A stretch of DNA of 62,311 nucleotides, counting the filler. It is 4 parts of 4 records of this genome, joined end to end, with 100 filler letters (N's around TTAATTAATTAA, not from the genome) between each part and the next. Parts side by side here need not be neighbours in the genome. Positions count along the whole stretch, not along the records: positions 12,719 to 35,042 come from DRR378314_446; positions 35,143 to 49,357 come from DRR378314_449; 2 more parts are not named here. The stretch is one strand, 5' to 3'. Position 1 is the stretch's first letter, and each line of letters starts with the position of its first letter. Shown here piece after piece: positions 28,718 through 38,043 of this stretch. Made by a program: the position numbers and the translations under genes. The notes beneath the pieces were generated by a model, which was not told the DNA's origin, ran no database searches, and saw only the letters and a list, made by a program, of their open reading frames with translations.

Positions 28718-29340
28718 ACCTTATGTTTTAATGGTTTTTTACTGTTTTTCCACCCCAAAAATCCCGCTGTCAATGTAAACATCATACCTACGAACATAAG
28801 CCATCCTCCGGTGGCCGGCATAGAGGTAACATCAAAGTTGAGCATCTTTACATGACCCAATAATGGGGGTTTATAAGTCATGGGTGTACCATCGGGATTG
28901 GTCAACTTCATGATTGCGTTGGGATCAAGATTGGTACCATAATCAACTAACCATTGATTGAAATCGTACATGCCCAATATGCCAAGGATGGACATCAATA
29001 GAAACCAACCAATAAACCACTTGTAACTTATTTTGTTCAAGTACCCCAAAATACCGACCAATATGCCCAAGGCCACCATAATGCCGATAACCATGGGAAA
29101 AGTGCTGAATTCCCACATATCCTCTTGTTTGGGCAATGTCTGCATACCAATATAGTGGTTTAGGCCATCGATGTTCTGGATATCAAATTCATTGACTCCT
29201 TGCAAGCCACTGATATGGATATTCATTCCCAATGGATCGGGGTACTGTGGTGCGCCCAATATAATGTACCAGAGCGGAAAGATGTACAAACCCAATAGAA
29301 ATAAGGGGCCAACAATCATTAAAATACTAGCCTTTTTCAT
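28714..29340 (-). CDS. nosB: NosB-like membrane protein of clade II nos clusters
   Basis: PLW...APQYP, LNHYIGM, YKPPLLG; four TM helices directly after nosZ. Confidence 0.85.
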   Translation of the reverse strand: MKKASILMIVGPLFLLGLYIFPLWYIILGAPQYPDPLGMNIHISGLQGVNEFDIQNIDGLNHYIGMQTLPKQEDMWEFSTFPMVIGIMVALGILVGILGYLNKISYKWFIGWFLLMSILGILGMYDFNQWLVDYGTNLDPNAIMKLTNPDGTPMTYKPPLLGHVKMLNFDVTSMPATGGWLMFVGMMFTLTAGFLGWKNSKKPLKHKV

Positions 29341-29406
29341 TTTACTTGATTTAAAAATTTACAAATTGAGCGTGGTTTTTGGAGGGTTGATACTGTTCCA
29401 ATTTGT

Positions 29407-29445
29407 AATAAAAGCGGGCAGGTCATGGACACAGCCCGCTTTATT
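29407..29445 (-). terminator. Stem-loop after nosZ
   Basis: Minus strand AAAGCGGGC-14nt-GCCCGCTTTTATT. Confidence 0.6.
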
Positions 29446-29465
29446 CAATGGTGACTCAATCCGAA

Positions 29466-31418
29466 TCATTCACCAAGTGACCATTTAAGCTCTACGTTGG
29501 AATTGGCAGGGGAAACCCTAACATATCCTTGCATTTCTTGGTGCAGCGCAGAACAGAAGTCCGTACAATAGAATGGCCATACTCCGACTTGTTTTGGTTC
29601 CCAAACAGAGGTTTTTGTTTGCCCCGGCATAACCAGAAGCTCCGAGGTGTTCTGTCCTATCATGGCAAAACCGTGCGGTACATCAAAATCCTGTTCATGG
29701 TTGGTGATGTGGAAATATACCTTATCACCCACTTTAATACCCTCGATGTTATCAGGGGTAAAGTGACTTCTGATCGTGGACATATACACATGTACCTCGT
29801 TTCCGTCCCGTACCACTTTAGAGTCGGTGGGGGATAATACGGCATAAGGGTGTTTGTTCTCATCCAACCTATATATTTTCTTTGATTTTGGAGCCAAAAT
29901 CTCAGCTGGGATTCCTGCGGCATAGTGGGGTTCACCATGCGTAGGGAAGTCATAGATCAACTCCATTTTTTCTCCAGAGATGTCATAAATCTGAGCGGAG
30001 TGCTCCATCTCAGGCCCGGTTGGTAAGTATCGATCCTTGGTAATTTTGTTCATGGCCACAACATATTTGCCAAAAGGCTTTCTAGAGTTCCCTCCGGGAA
30101 TCATCAAGTGGCCTACGGAATAGTAGGTCGGTTTTCTGTCAATGACCTCCCATGTCCCCAATTTCCATTTTACAACTTCTGAAGAAATAAAGAAGGTAGT
30201 ATAGGCATTTCCTTTTCCGTCAAACTCGGTATGTAGTGGGCCCAATCCGCCACTTTTTACCTGTCCGGCCAGTACATCTTCAAACTTAAGAATAGGAATT
30301 CCATAAGCTTCTCCATCAAATTTTTCTCCTTCGATAGCTGCTATCATATTGTCGAATGAATGAACAGTCAGGTCAGCGGACAATTTACCGTTACCAATAA
30401 TGTACTGTCCAGTAGGGTCTACATCACAGCCGTGAGGTGATTTAGGTGTTGGTAAAAAGTAAACGGCCCCCGGCACTTTTAAGGGATCTACGGTCAACAC
30501 TTCCTTTTTCATGGTCGTGGTAGCCGTGTGGGTGCTTTCATCGTATAAATTGTGGGCATAGTTTGCCGGCATTTTGGTACCACCGCCATTGTTTACATAT
30601 TCCTCAATTTTCTTCCAATTGACCGCAGCAATAAAGTCTTTGTCATTTTGTGAGGAATTTACTTCTTGCAAGGTGTGTGCTTCTTCGGTGTTATAGGTTG
30701 TAAAGAAGAACCAACCATGTGATTTTCCCCTACCGGGGTGGGAAAGATCATAGTTGAACCCAGGCATCAACAATTGGAATTTTAAATCCATGTGGCCATG
30801 CTCTGGGTCTACGCTGATAAAGGACAAGGATCCCTTAAAATTACTTTTATATTCATTGATGGGCATATCCCTTTGTGGGATGGGAACAGAGAAACGGGTT
30901 CCCGCCACTACATATTCCGTGTTTTCCGTGATAAAGGAAGAACTGTGGTTACCTGCACTATTGGGTACCTCAATAATTTCTTCGGTTTCAAAAGTGCTTA
31001 GGCTGATACGTGCAATTCTTGGGGTATTGTTCCCATTGATGAAGATCCAGCGACCATCCAATTCGCCATTGGTCTGTGATATGTCCGGGTGGTGTGCATC
31101 GTCCCAAGGTACAAAACCATGCGAAGTGTTGAGCATTGGCTTGGTTTCTTCGGAATATCCATAACCGGATGTTGGGAATTGCGAGAATACAGGTATTTCC
31201 TTGAACATTCTTCCAGAAGGCAATCCATAAACTGTAAGGTTTCCGCTGTATCCGCCCGACATAAAGGCGTAAAATTCGTCCTGCTCACCTGGAGCAACGT
31301 ATACCTTCTCGGCGGCACTCGATGAGAGCGCCCCGTTCGAACTTTTGTTTTGTTGGCCACAGGAAACCAGCATTATGGCTGTTCCCAGGGACGCGATTAA
31401 ATGACTATAGATTTTCAT
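29466..31418 (-). CDS. nosZ: Nitrous-oxide reductase, clade II (Sec/lipoprotein signal)
   Basis: Lipobox LVSC, no twin-Arg; DAHH, PKSPHG, GPLH, GEPH CuZ motifs; CuA CTDFCSALHQEM. Confidence 0.98.
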   Translation of the reverse strand: MKIYSHLIASLGTAIMLVSCGQQNKSSNGALSSSAAEKVYVAPGEQDEFYAFMSGGYSGNLTVYGLPSGRMFKEIPVFSQFPTSGYGYSEETKPMLNTSHGFVPWDDAHHPDISQTNGELDGRWIFINGNNTPRIARISLSTFETEEIIEVPNSAGNHSSSFITENTEYVVAGTRFSVPIPQRDMPINEYKSNFKGSLSFISVDPEHGHMDLKFQLLMPGFNYDLSHPGRGKSHGWFFFTTYNTEEAHTLQEVNSSQNDKDFIAAVNWKKIEEYVNNGGGTKMPANYAHNLYDESTHTATTTMKKEVLTVDPLKVPGAVYFLPTPKSPHGCDVDPTGQYIIGNGKLSADLTVHSFDNMIAAIEGEKFDGEAYGIPILKFEDVLAGQVKSGGLGPLHTEFDGKGNAYTTFFISSEVVKWKLGTWEVIDRKPTYYSVGHLMIPGGNSRKPFGKYVVAMNKITKDRYLPTGPEMEHSAQIYDISGEKMELIYDFPTHGEPHYAAGIPAEILAPKSKKIYRLDENKHPYAVLSPTDSKVVRDGNEVHVYMSTIRSHFTPDNIEGIKVGDKVYFHITNHEQDFDVPHGFAMIGQNTSELLVMPGQTKTSVWEPKQVGVWPFYCTDFCSALHQEMQGYVRVSPANSNVELKWSLGE

Positions 31419-31446
31419 TGTATTAATTTTTGTTTTAGAATTATTA

Positions 31447-32028
31447 TTATTGAGTAGGAGGCAAGATCACCTTGTCCACTACATGAACGATTCCATTTCC
31501 GGCCGATATGCTGCCGATTATTTTGGCACCACCCACATAAACTTCATTATCCTTTACTTCTACAGATACATTTTGATTGTTTGCCTGCCCCAGTTTTTTG
31601 AAATTCATCAAGAAGTCTTTTGAATAGTTGCCGGGGGTTACATGGTATTTTAGAATATTGGCCAATGCATCCTTGTTTTCAGGTTTCAAGAGGTCTTCCA
31701 CGGTGCCCTCTGGCAATGCATCAAAAGCTTCATTGGTAGGGGCGAACACCATTAGCGGGCCGGCGTTGACCAATACATTTTCCAATTCTGCTGCTTGAAC
31801 CGCAGCGACAAGAGTGCTATGGTCTGCTGATCCAACGGCAATTTGCAGCACATTGGGAGTGGATTCGTCATCGGCTATAAATGCTTGCCCTTTGTTGTTT
31901 TCCGAATTAATAATGGCCTCGTTTTGACTGGAGTCCGTTGTTTCGTTTTGAGGTCCGTTTTTACAGCTAATGAAGAATGTAAGCAGTAAAAACAACCCCA
32001 TCATACTAATTTTGATGGTTGTTTTCAT
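31447..32028 (-). CDS. Fasciclin (FAS1) domain lipoprotein
   Basis: Lipobox FISC; VFAPTNEAF, ILKYHV, NGIVHVVDKVI. Confidence 0.92.
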   Translation of the reverse strand: MKTTIKISMMGLFLLLTFFISCKNGPQNETTDSSQNEAIINSENNKGQAFIADDESTPNVLQIAVGSADHSTLVAAVQAAELENVLVNAGPLMVFAPTNEAFDALPEGTVEDLLKPENKDALANILKYHVTPGNYSKDFLMNFKKLGQANNQNVSVEVKDNEVYVGGAKIIGSISAGNGIVHVVDKVILPPTQ

Positions 32029-32033
32029 AACGT

Positions 32034-32546
32034 TTATTCTAAGGTTCTAAAATATTCTAGAATGGCTCTGGCCTGATCTTCCGTTAGTCCTTGATTCGAC
32101 ATTGGCGATCCGTTGAACTCTTGAAAAAGGTCTTTGGCCAAAGGGTCTTGCTGTACCATTTCCTGAGGATTCAAAATCATGTTCATGACCCACTCGGGAG
32201 TTCTTCTTTCCAAAATGCCATTAGGGGGCGGACCAATGAATTTTTTCCCTATTCTGTGGCAGGCCAAACACATTTGGTCGTACACCTTTTTACCCTCCTC
32301 AACCATGGCTTGGTCAATTTCCGCTGGCAATTCGATTGCTTTGATGGGACCAACACCTTTAGTGGTCAAATCCACTCGCTCAGAAGGCTTCACCTCATTA
32401 GTGGTAATGGTTTCGGCTGGTTGTTCTGTTTGAGCCTTTTTGCGTTGTACGCTAAATCCTTCCTCTTTTTTTTCCTCTTTCTTTCCACCACAACTAATCA
32501 TAATAAGGGCGAAGAGCAGAGCTATACTTTTTACAATTGCTTTCAT
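32034..32546 (-). CDS. Monoheme cytochrome c lipoprotein (NosC-like)
   Basis: Lipobox MISC; CLACH; first gene of the nos operon. Confidence 0.92.
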   Translation of the reverse strand: MKAIVKSIALLFALIMISCGGKKEEKKEEGFSVQRKKAQTEQPAETITTNEVKPSERVDLTTKGVGPIKAIELPAEIDQAMVEEGKKVYDQMCLACHRIGKKFIGPPPNGILERRTPEWVMNMILNPQEMVQQDPLAKDLFQEFNGSPMSNQGLTEDQARAILEYFRTLE

Positions 32547-32571
32547 TTGATCATCGGTTAAAATTTCGTTT

Positions 32572-32636
32572 CAAAAGTATATAGTGGTTAAGACCTATAA
32601 CATGATATTAATCATAAAAAGGATAAAAATATCTTT
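32572..32636. promoter_or_regulatory. Divergent control region of the nos operon
   Basis: Minus strand TACTTTTG -7 box at 32572-32579; ATGAT-N4-ATCAT at 32602-32615; GGATA-AAAA-TATCT at 32621-32634. Confidence 0.65.
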
Positions 32637-32658
32637 TAATCTTTGTTTAATATTTTAT

Positions 32659-33093
32659 ATGATGTTCTCCAACTCATCCAAGTACGCTATCAAGGGAGTG
32701 CTCTACCTCGCTCTGAACTCCGATAAAGACCATAAAATCATGGTTAGGGATATTTTTGAGGTAGTGCATGTACCGGAAGCTTATTTGGCCAAATTGTTGC
32801 AAGAACTATCGCGACATGGTATTGTTTCATCTACTCGAGGACCCAAGGGAGGATTCTATTTAAGCAACGAAAACCGTAAACGCACATTAATGGACATTGT
32901 AAAGGTCATTGATGGTGAAAAGCGTGTCAATTCTTGCGTCATGGGCATTAGGAACTGTGACATGAACAATCCCTGTGTGCTTCATAAACTTGTGGGTTCC
33001 AACAAATCCAAATTTATTAAAGTACTTGAAAAAACCACTATTTTGGACTTGGTAGAGGGAAGGCAGAATATTGAGGATTTCTTTCCCATGTAA
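32659..33093 (+). CDS. Rrf2 family transcriptional regulator (second paralog)
   Basis: FSNSSKYAIKG, STRGPKGGF, C-x5-C-x5-C-xx-H. Confidence 0.93.
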   Translation: MMFSNSSKYAIKGVLYLALNSDKDHKIMVRDIFEVVHVPEAYLAKLLQELSRHGIVSSTRGPKGGFYLSNENRKRTLMDIVKVIDGEKRVNSCVMGIRNCDMNNPCVLHKLVGSNKSKFIKVLEKTTILDLVEGRQNIEDFFPM

Positions 33094-33327
33094 TTTATTG
33101 TTCTGAATCTCTATATCCTGTCATGTCAAAATCAATTATTCAATTCATAATATTTATTGGCTTGCACTGAAACCCCTAGTCCCCAATAATTTTAGTTTGT
33201 GGAACTTATAGCACAGTTTTGAAAGGATGGGCGGCCAATGTGTATTGCCCAGAACTCAGTTTTAATAATTTTTTTGGTTCTGGAATCCGTTCCTTTGTTT
33301 ATTTTCGATGATTACTATGTTACGCCT

Positions 33328-34260
33328 ATGACCGTTTGGATTATTTTTCTTTTGGGTATTCTCTTTTTTTTGGCTTTGGACCTTGGCGTCTTCAATAAAA
33401 ACCCGCATGTAATAAGTGTTCGTGAGGCCTCTTTATGGACGGGGCTTTGGGTTACGATGTCCCTTATTTTTTCTGGAGTGATTTATTGGTTATACAGCAC
33501 TGGAAATATAGATAATGTGGACAATCTTGAACCCATGGATGCTGCGTTAAAGTACATCACGGGTTACCTTATTGAGTTGTCTTTGAGCATTGATAATATT
33601 TTTGTGATCGCGGTAATTTTCACGTCTTTTCAAATACCTCAGAAATATCAGCACAGGGTACTGTTCTGGGGAATTTTAGGAGCCATTGTTTTTCGGGCGC
33701 TCATGATATTTTTTGGAGTGGCTCTGATAAAAAAGTTCACGTTTACCACATACATTTTTGGTGCTTTTTTAATTTTTACTGCAATCCGTATGTTGGTTTC
33801 CAAGCAAAAACCTTTTAATCCTAAACAATCTTTTGTCTATCGAAACCTAAGAAAGATAATGCCCATTACCTCACATATGGACGGGCAAAAGTTTTTTATC
33901 AAATTACGCCATATTACAGCGGCGACACCATTGTTTATCGCCTTGGTGATCATTGAGTTTTCCGATGTGCTATTTGCTTTGGATAGCGTACCCGCGATCT
34001 TGGCCATTACGTCGGACCCTTTTTTGGTATTCAGTTCTAATATTTTTGCCATTTTGGGGCTACGATCCATGTATTTTTTCCTTGCGCATATGATAAACAA
34101 GTTCCATCATATTAAATACAGTTTGGTGGCTATTTTAAGCTTTGTAGGACTAAAACTTATTCTTGCGCACCATATTAAATTTCCCGAGTGGATTTCGTTA
34201 GGGTTTATTGGATTGGCTTTGGGGGCAGGGATTTTGACTTCGTTGATTAAAAAGAAGTAG
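33328..34260 (+). CDS. TerC/Alx family membrane protein
   Basis: LSLSIDNIFV, QHRVLFWGILGA, FALDSVPA, FAILGLRSMYF. Confidence 0.93.
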   Translation: MTVWIIFLLGILFFLALDLGVFNKNPHVISVREASLWTGLWVTMSLIFSGVIYWLYSTGNIDNVDNLEPMDAALKYITGYLIELSLSIDNIFVIAVIFTSFQIPQKYQHRVLFWGILGAIVFRALMIFFGVALIKKFTFTTYIFGAFLIFTAIRMLVSKQKPFNPKQSFVYRNLRKIMPITSHMDGQKFFIKLRHITAATPLFIALVIIEFSDVLFALDSVPAILAITSDPFLVFSSNIFAILGLRSMYFFLAHMINKFHHIKYSLVAILSFVGLKLILAHHIKFPEWISLGFIGLALGAGILTSLIKKK

Positions 34261-34261
34261 T

Positions 34262-34858
34262 CTAACTTCTTTCCTTCATTAGTCTGGATAGGGTTTCCGG
34301 TCTTATGGCCAAGTATGAGGCCAAATGTTTCCTTGGAATTCGGTCAATGATTTCAGGCTTTCTGTTTTTCATAAAAAAGACCAATCGTTTACCAGCATTT
34401 GGAATTCTTGCCAAATACACCCTATGTTCAGCTAAAATATAGTATTCCTCAAGTAGTATACGATTAATGTGCCGCATTTCTGGAAAGTGGTTCAAGCAGT
34501 ATTTATAGTCTTTATATTCCAGATAATCACAATAGGTGGTTTCCAAGCTTTGAATGTATTCCTCGCTTTTTTGGTTTCTAAAGAAACCGGTGATTGAAGT
34601 AAAGACTTCATTCTCCGAATCAATCCATGTGGTTATTTCCGAAGTATCGCTTACAAAATATCCGCGGACCATTCCTCTTTTTATCAAATAAAGACGATCG
34701 CAAACCTCACCGGCCGTACTGATAAGTTCATTTTTTTCGAAGGAACAACTCTTTATTTTATCGGCAAGGTAATCTTTTAAGCTTGGGCTTAACGGATAAA
34801 TGGAATTGAGAAAAAAAATGATGTAAAGATTTTTCTTGGGATTCTGGTTGGGGAGCAT
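34262..34858 (-). CDS. Crp/Fnr family regulator (Bacteroidota type)
   Basis: cNMP-binding fold; HLASYLAIRPETLSR HTH. Confidence 0.9.
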   Translation of the reverse strand: MLPNQNPKKNLYIIFFLNSIYPLSPSLKDYLADKIKSCSFEKNELISTAGEVCDRLYLIKRGMVRGYFVSDTSEITTWIDSENEVFTSITGFFRNQKSEEYIQSLETTYCDYLEYKDYKYCLNHFPEMRHINRILLEEYYILAEHRVYLARIPNAGKRLVFFMKNRKPEIIDRIPRKHLASYLAIRPETLSRLMKERS

Positions 34859-35022
34859 TAGGAAACTGGTTTGGTTTTCAATCTTGTTTGGCGGGTCAAA
34901 ACTAGTACATCTTCTGTCGATAGATTTTTTCTTTGGGTTAAAATCACAGATACACGATAAAATGTTTTAAGATGTAAAATTTGAATAGAAAAGAGGTCTA
35001 AAAAGTCTTTACAACTTGATTT

Positions 35023-35042
35023 GTCAGGTTGAGCCTGTCGAA
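35023..35042 (+). repeat. Partial REP-like palindromic repeat at contig end
   Basis: GTCAGGTTGAGCCTGTCGAA running into the gap; resembles flavobacterial GTCA..TGAGC.TGTCGAA repeats (recalled, not searched). Confidence 0.5.
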
Positions 35043-35142
35043 NNNNNNNNNNNNNNNNNNNNNNNNNNNNNNNNNNNNNNNNNNNNTTAATTAATTAANN
35101 NNNNNNNNNNNNNNNNNNNNNNNNNNNNNNNNNNNNNNNNNN
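35043..35142. other. Artificial contig linker
   Basis: N run with central TTAATTAATTAA. Confidence 0.98.
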
Positions 35143-35469
35143 TTGGCATACAAGGTAGCTTTCACCGTGTAAGGGCAAGTTAACGTTGTATAACCAGCCA
35201 TCCTCTTGGCTACCGGCTGACGGGTCATTGGGTGAGCCAAGCAGGCTTGTTACATCTTGCTGGGTTAGCCTGCCTGCACCAGTCTCTACCTGCCGCAAGT
35301 TATCGAGAGGAATAAAAGCACCGTTTCGTAGAAACGGCTCATTTAACTCTGCGGGAGCTGCTTCAACATCAGGAAACCCTTCCGCATGAACAGAACCAAA
35401 AAAACTGCTCGCTACTAAAAAAGAGCCAGCAGCCAGCAGCGCAGTCCTTGTGTTAATACGTCTACCCAT
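35143..35469 (-). CDS. Partial CDS (5' part): SmpA/OmlA (BamE-like) domain protein, possibly OmpA-fused
   Basis: Signal peptide; FP...NLRQV..LTQQDVTSLLGSP...WLY...CQ; truncated by the gap. Confidence 0.7.
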
Positions 35470-35498
35470 AGCTTATCCCCTGCTACTCAAAAGTTATG

Positions 35499-35580
35499 CC
35501 GCGTAGTTGTTACCATGTAGTTATTACCGCGTAGTTATTACCGCGTAGTTGTTACTGCATTGTTAACGCGCAGTTATTTA
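35499..35580. repeat. 14-bp tandem repeat, four copies plus two degenerate
   Basis: CCGCGTAGTTRTTA units at 35499, 35513, 35527, 35541. Confidence 0.85.
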
Positions 35581-36293
35581 CGCCGTAAACACGGCAAATG
35601 TTTGCATTAGCCGTGCTGTAAACTACAGTGAGTCGCCCTCCCTCTCCCGCCGCATGCCAATAACTAACAACCCGTTAACAGTCTGTTAACATTTTGCTTA
35701 GTATATTTAGTTTTAGTATTTTTCTCATGCTCACCGAAGTTAGACCACTTCAAAAAAAATCGCAACAAAAGAACGCCACCCAATAGCGCTTAGCTAATAA
35801 CTCTTCCCCCCATCAATCACACGATTTTTTCAATAACAGGCTCATCGAAAGGAATCATAGCCAAAAAAGGACTACACGAAAAAGGTATATAAAACAAAAC
35901 CAATTGCTTATTGAGATAACCTGAACTCAATAAACATAAGACAAATCTAATGCATTCAAAACACTTGATCATTCGCCCAGAACAGTCTGCACTACTATCC
36001 GAACCTCCAAACGTTAGTTTGGCTAAGTGTTTAGCTTAGATACTGATGCTGTATAACTCGGTATCAAAATGTTACAAACTTTATTCCCTTAAAGAAAGAT
36101 ATCTCCCCTTCAGAAAAGCTTTCTTATTCGATGAAGTTCAAAGGTTTTAGAGAATCTAACATTGATCAAAGAGAGGAAATGCACGCCCGCCGGTTGGGCT
36201 TAATCGCAATTCGGTAACGTAGATGGGGAAAAAGCAGCACAGGAATGGGGCCAAACCACAGGGCATTGCTGAAAACACAATTCCTGAAAACAC

Positions 36294-36331
36294 AAAAGGG
36301 CCTCGAAGACATTGATGTCTAAAGAGACCCT
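36294..36331 (-). terminator. Probable terminator of scpA-scpB-rluB
   Basis: Minus strand AGGGTCTC...AGACATCAATGTCT...GAGGCCCTTTT. Confidence 0.5.
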
Positions 36332-36383
36332 AATCGAATTACCAGAGAGGCACTATTCGTCATAGTGCCGACAGTGATGATCG

Positions 36384-37256
36384 TTATTCGCGACGCTTAG
36401 GCTTACGCATAGCTTGAACCGGGCGGCGTTTATGCTTATCACGGCTCCAGCGGTTTTTCTCGTCGGGTGTTAGTGCTGGCACCTTGCGAGTTTCCAAGTT
36501 TGCTAATGTGGCTAGGTCGTCGACCTCATCCTGGGAGAGCTCAACCCACTCGCCTGCTTTAGCGCGCTTATCAAGGAAGATGTTGCCGTAGCGCACCCGC
36601 TTCAGACGGCTAACCGTTAGCCCCTGAGATTCCCACAGGCGGCGTACTTCACGGTTACGACCTTCTAAAATCACCACGTGGAACCAGGTATTAATGCCTT
36701 CGCCACCAAACTCTTGTACGTCAGTAAAGCGCGCAGGACCATCTTCTAACATGACGCCATCAACCATGGCGACAATATGCTCGCGCTTGACTTCACCCAT
36801 CACTCGAACCGCGTACTCACGCTCTACCTGGGTCGAAGGGTGCATTAGCCGGTTTGCAAGCTCGCCGTCAGTGGTGAATAGCAACAAGCCGCTAGTGTTA
36901 ATATCCAAACGGCCAATGGCAACCCAGCGCTCGCCTTTCAGGCGCGGGAGACGCTCAAACACCGTGCGACGCCCTTCTGGGTCTTTGCGCGTGCACAACT
37001 CTCCTTCCGGCTTGTTGTACATAATCACACGGCGGGGCACTTCCTCTTCGGGGCGCAGCGACACAGGGCGATCATCAAAACTGACCTTGTCGCGGGCTTC
37101 TACTCGGTCGCCTAACTTGGCTACCTGGCTATTAACCTTTACCCGGCCGTCGGAAATGGCAGTTTCCATTTCACGGCGTGACCCCAGCCCTGCCCGGGCC
37201 AGTACTTTTTGCAGCTTTTCACTGGCGGGGGGCGTGGTGTTATTACTCTGACTCAT
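36384..37256 (-). CDS. rluB: 23S rRNA pseudouridine synthase B
   Basis: S4 domain [34 protein letters not shown]. Confidence 0.96.
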   Translation of the reverse strand: MSQSNNTTPPASEKLQKVLARAGLGSRREMETAISDGRVKVNSQVAKLGDRVEARDKVSFDDRPVSLRPEEEVPRRVIMYNKPEGELCTRKDPEGRRTVFERLPRLKGERWVAIGRLDINTSGLLLFTTDGELANRLMHPSTQVEREYAVRVMGEVKREHIVAMVDGVMLEDGPARFTDVQEFGGEGINTWFHVVILEGRNREVRRLWESQGLTVSRLKRVRYGNIFLDKRAKAGEWVELSQDEVDDLATLANLETRKVPALTPDEKNRWSRDKHKRRPVQAMRKPKRRE

Positions 37257-38043
37257 GGTCGTCTGACCTCACATCGTTAGTCTGCGTGCGCGCATCATCA
37301 TCGTTACGCTGCGCACGTGCCGCTAAGCGCGCCTCTAAATCGGCGAAACTCAGCGGCTGGGTTAACGCCGTCTCGGCGTGTTTATCAGCTATCTCTGCTG
37401 CAGCAGTCTCAGTTGAAGCTATCTCTTCACTCTGGGGTGGCGCATCCTGCACGGTTTCTGGCGTTTCGTCCAGTGCTGTTTGTGCTTCATCTTGCTCAAT
37501 AACCGTATCGCTATCATCGGCATTGACCAGTTCATGCATCGGCGGCAATGCATCCAAGGTTTTCAAGCCAAAATCATCTAAAAAGCTGCGGGTGGTGGCA
37601 TAAACGGCTGGTCGCCCAGGCACATCTCGATGGCCTACCACGCGAATCCATTCCCGCTCCATTAGCGTACGGATAATAGAGCTGCTAACACTTACACCGC
37701 GCACGTCTTCGATATCACCCCGCGTCACCGGCTGTCGATAAGCAATCAGCGCCAATGTTTCCAACAATGCCCGGGAGTATCGCTGTGGCCGCTCATCCCA
37801 TAGGCGCGACACCCAATGAGAGAGCCGTGGGCGAATACGCAGCTGAAATCCTGACGCGGTCTCTACTAACTCCAGCGCTCCTTCTTCATGGCGCAGGACA
37901 AGGCGGGACAACGTATCGCGCAGTGCTTTTTTAGACGGACACTCGTCTTCTAAAAACAGCGTTTCAAGCCGCTCTAGAGAAAGCGGCTCGCCAGCGGCAA
38001 GTAATGCCGCTTCAATAATATCGTCTAACGTGGTGTCTCTCAC
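37243..38043 (-). CDS. scpB: SMC-Scp complex subunit ScpB
   Basis: [28 protein letters not shown]. Confidence 0.96.
   Translation of the reverse strand: MRDTTLDDIIEAALLAAGEPLSLERLETLFLEDECPSKKALRDTLSRLVLRHEEGALELVETASGFQLRIRPRLSHWVSRLWDERPQRYSRALLETLALIAYRQPVTRGDIEDVRGVSVSSSIIRTLMEREWIRVVGHRDVPGRPAVYATTRSFLDDFGLKTLDALPPMHELVNADDSDTVIEQDEAQTALDETPETVQDAPPQSEEIASTETAAAEIADKHAETALTQPLSFADLEARLAARAQRNDDDARTQTNDVRSDDHESE

Noticed and set aside
35095..35142. C-terminal extension of the 124-aa ORF
   Set aside because: It runs through Ns to the linker stop codon
35575..35640. c-di-GMP or other known riboswitch
   Set aside because: Hairpins are present but I could not match the conserved motifs of a known class
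35917..35927. TAACCTGAACT match to the contig-1 terminal repeat
   Set aside because: Only 11 bp, in a contig from a different organism, with no extension
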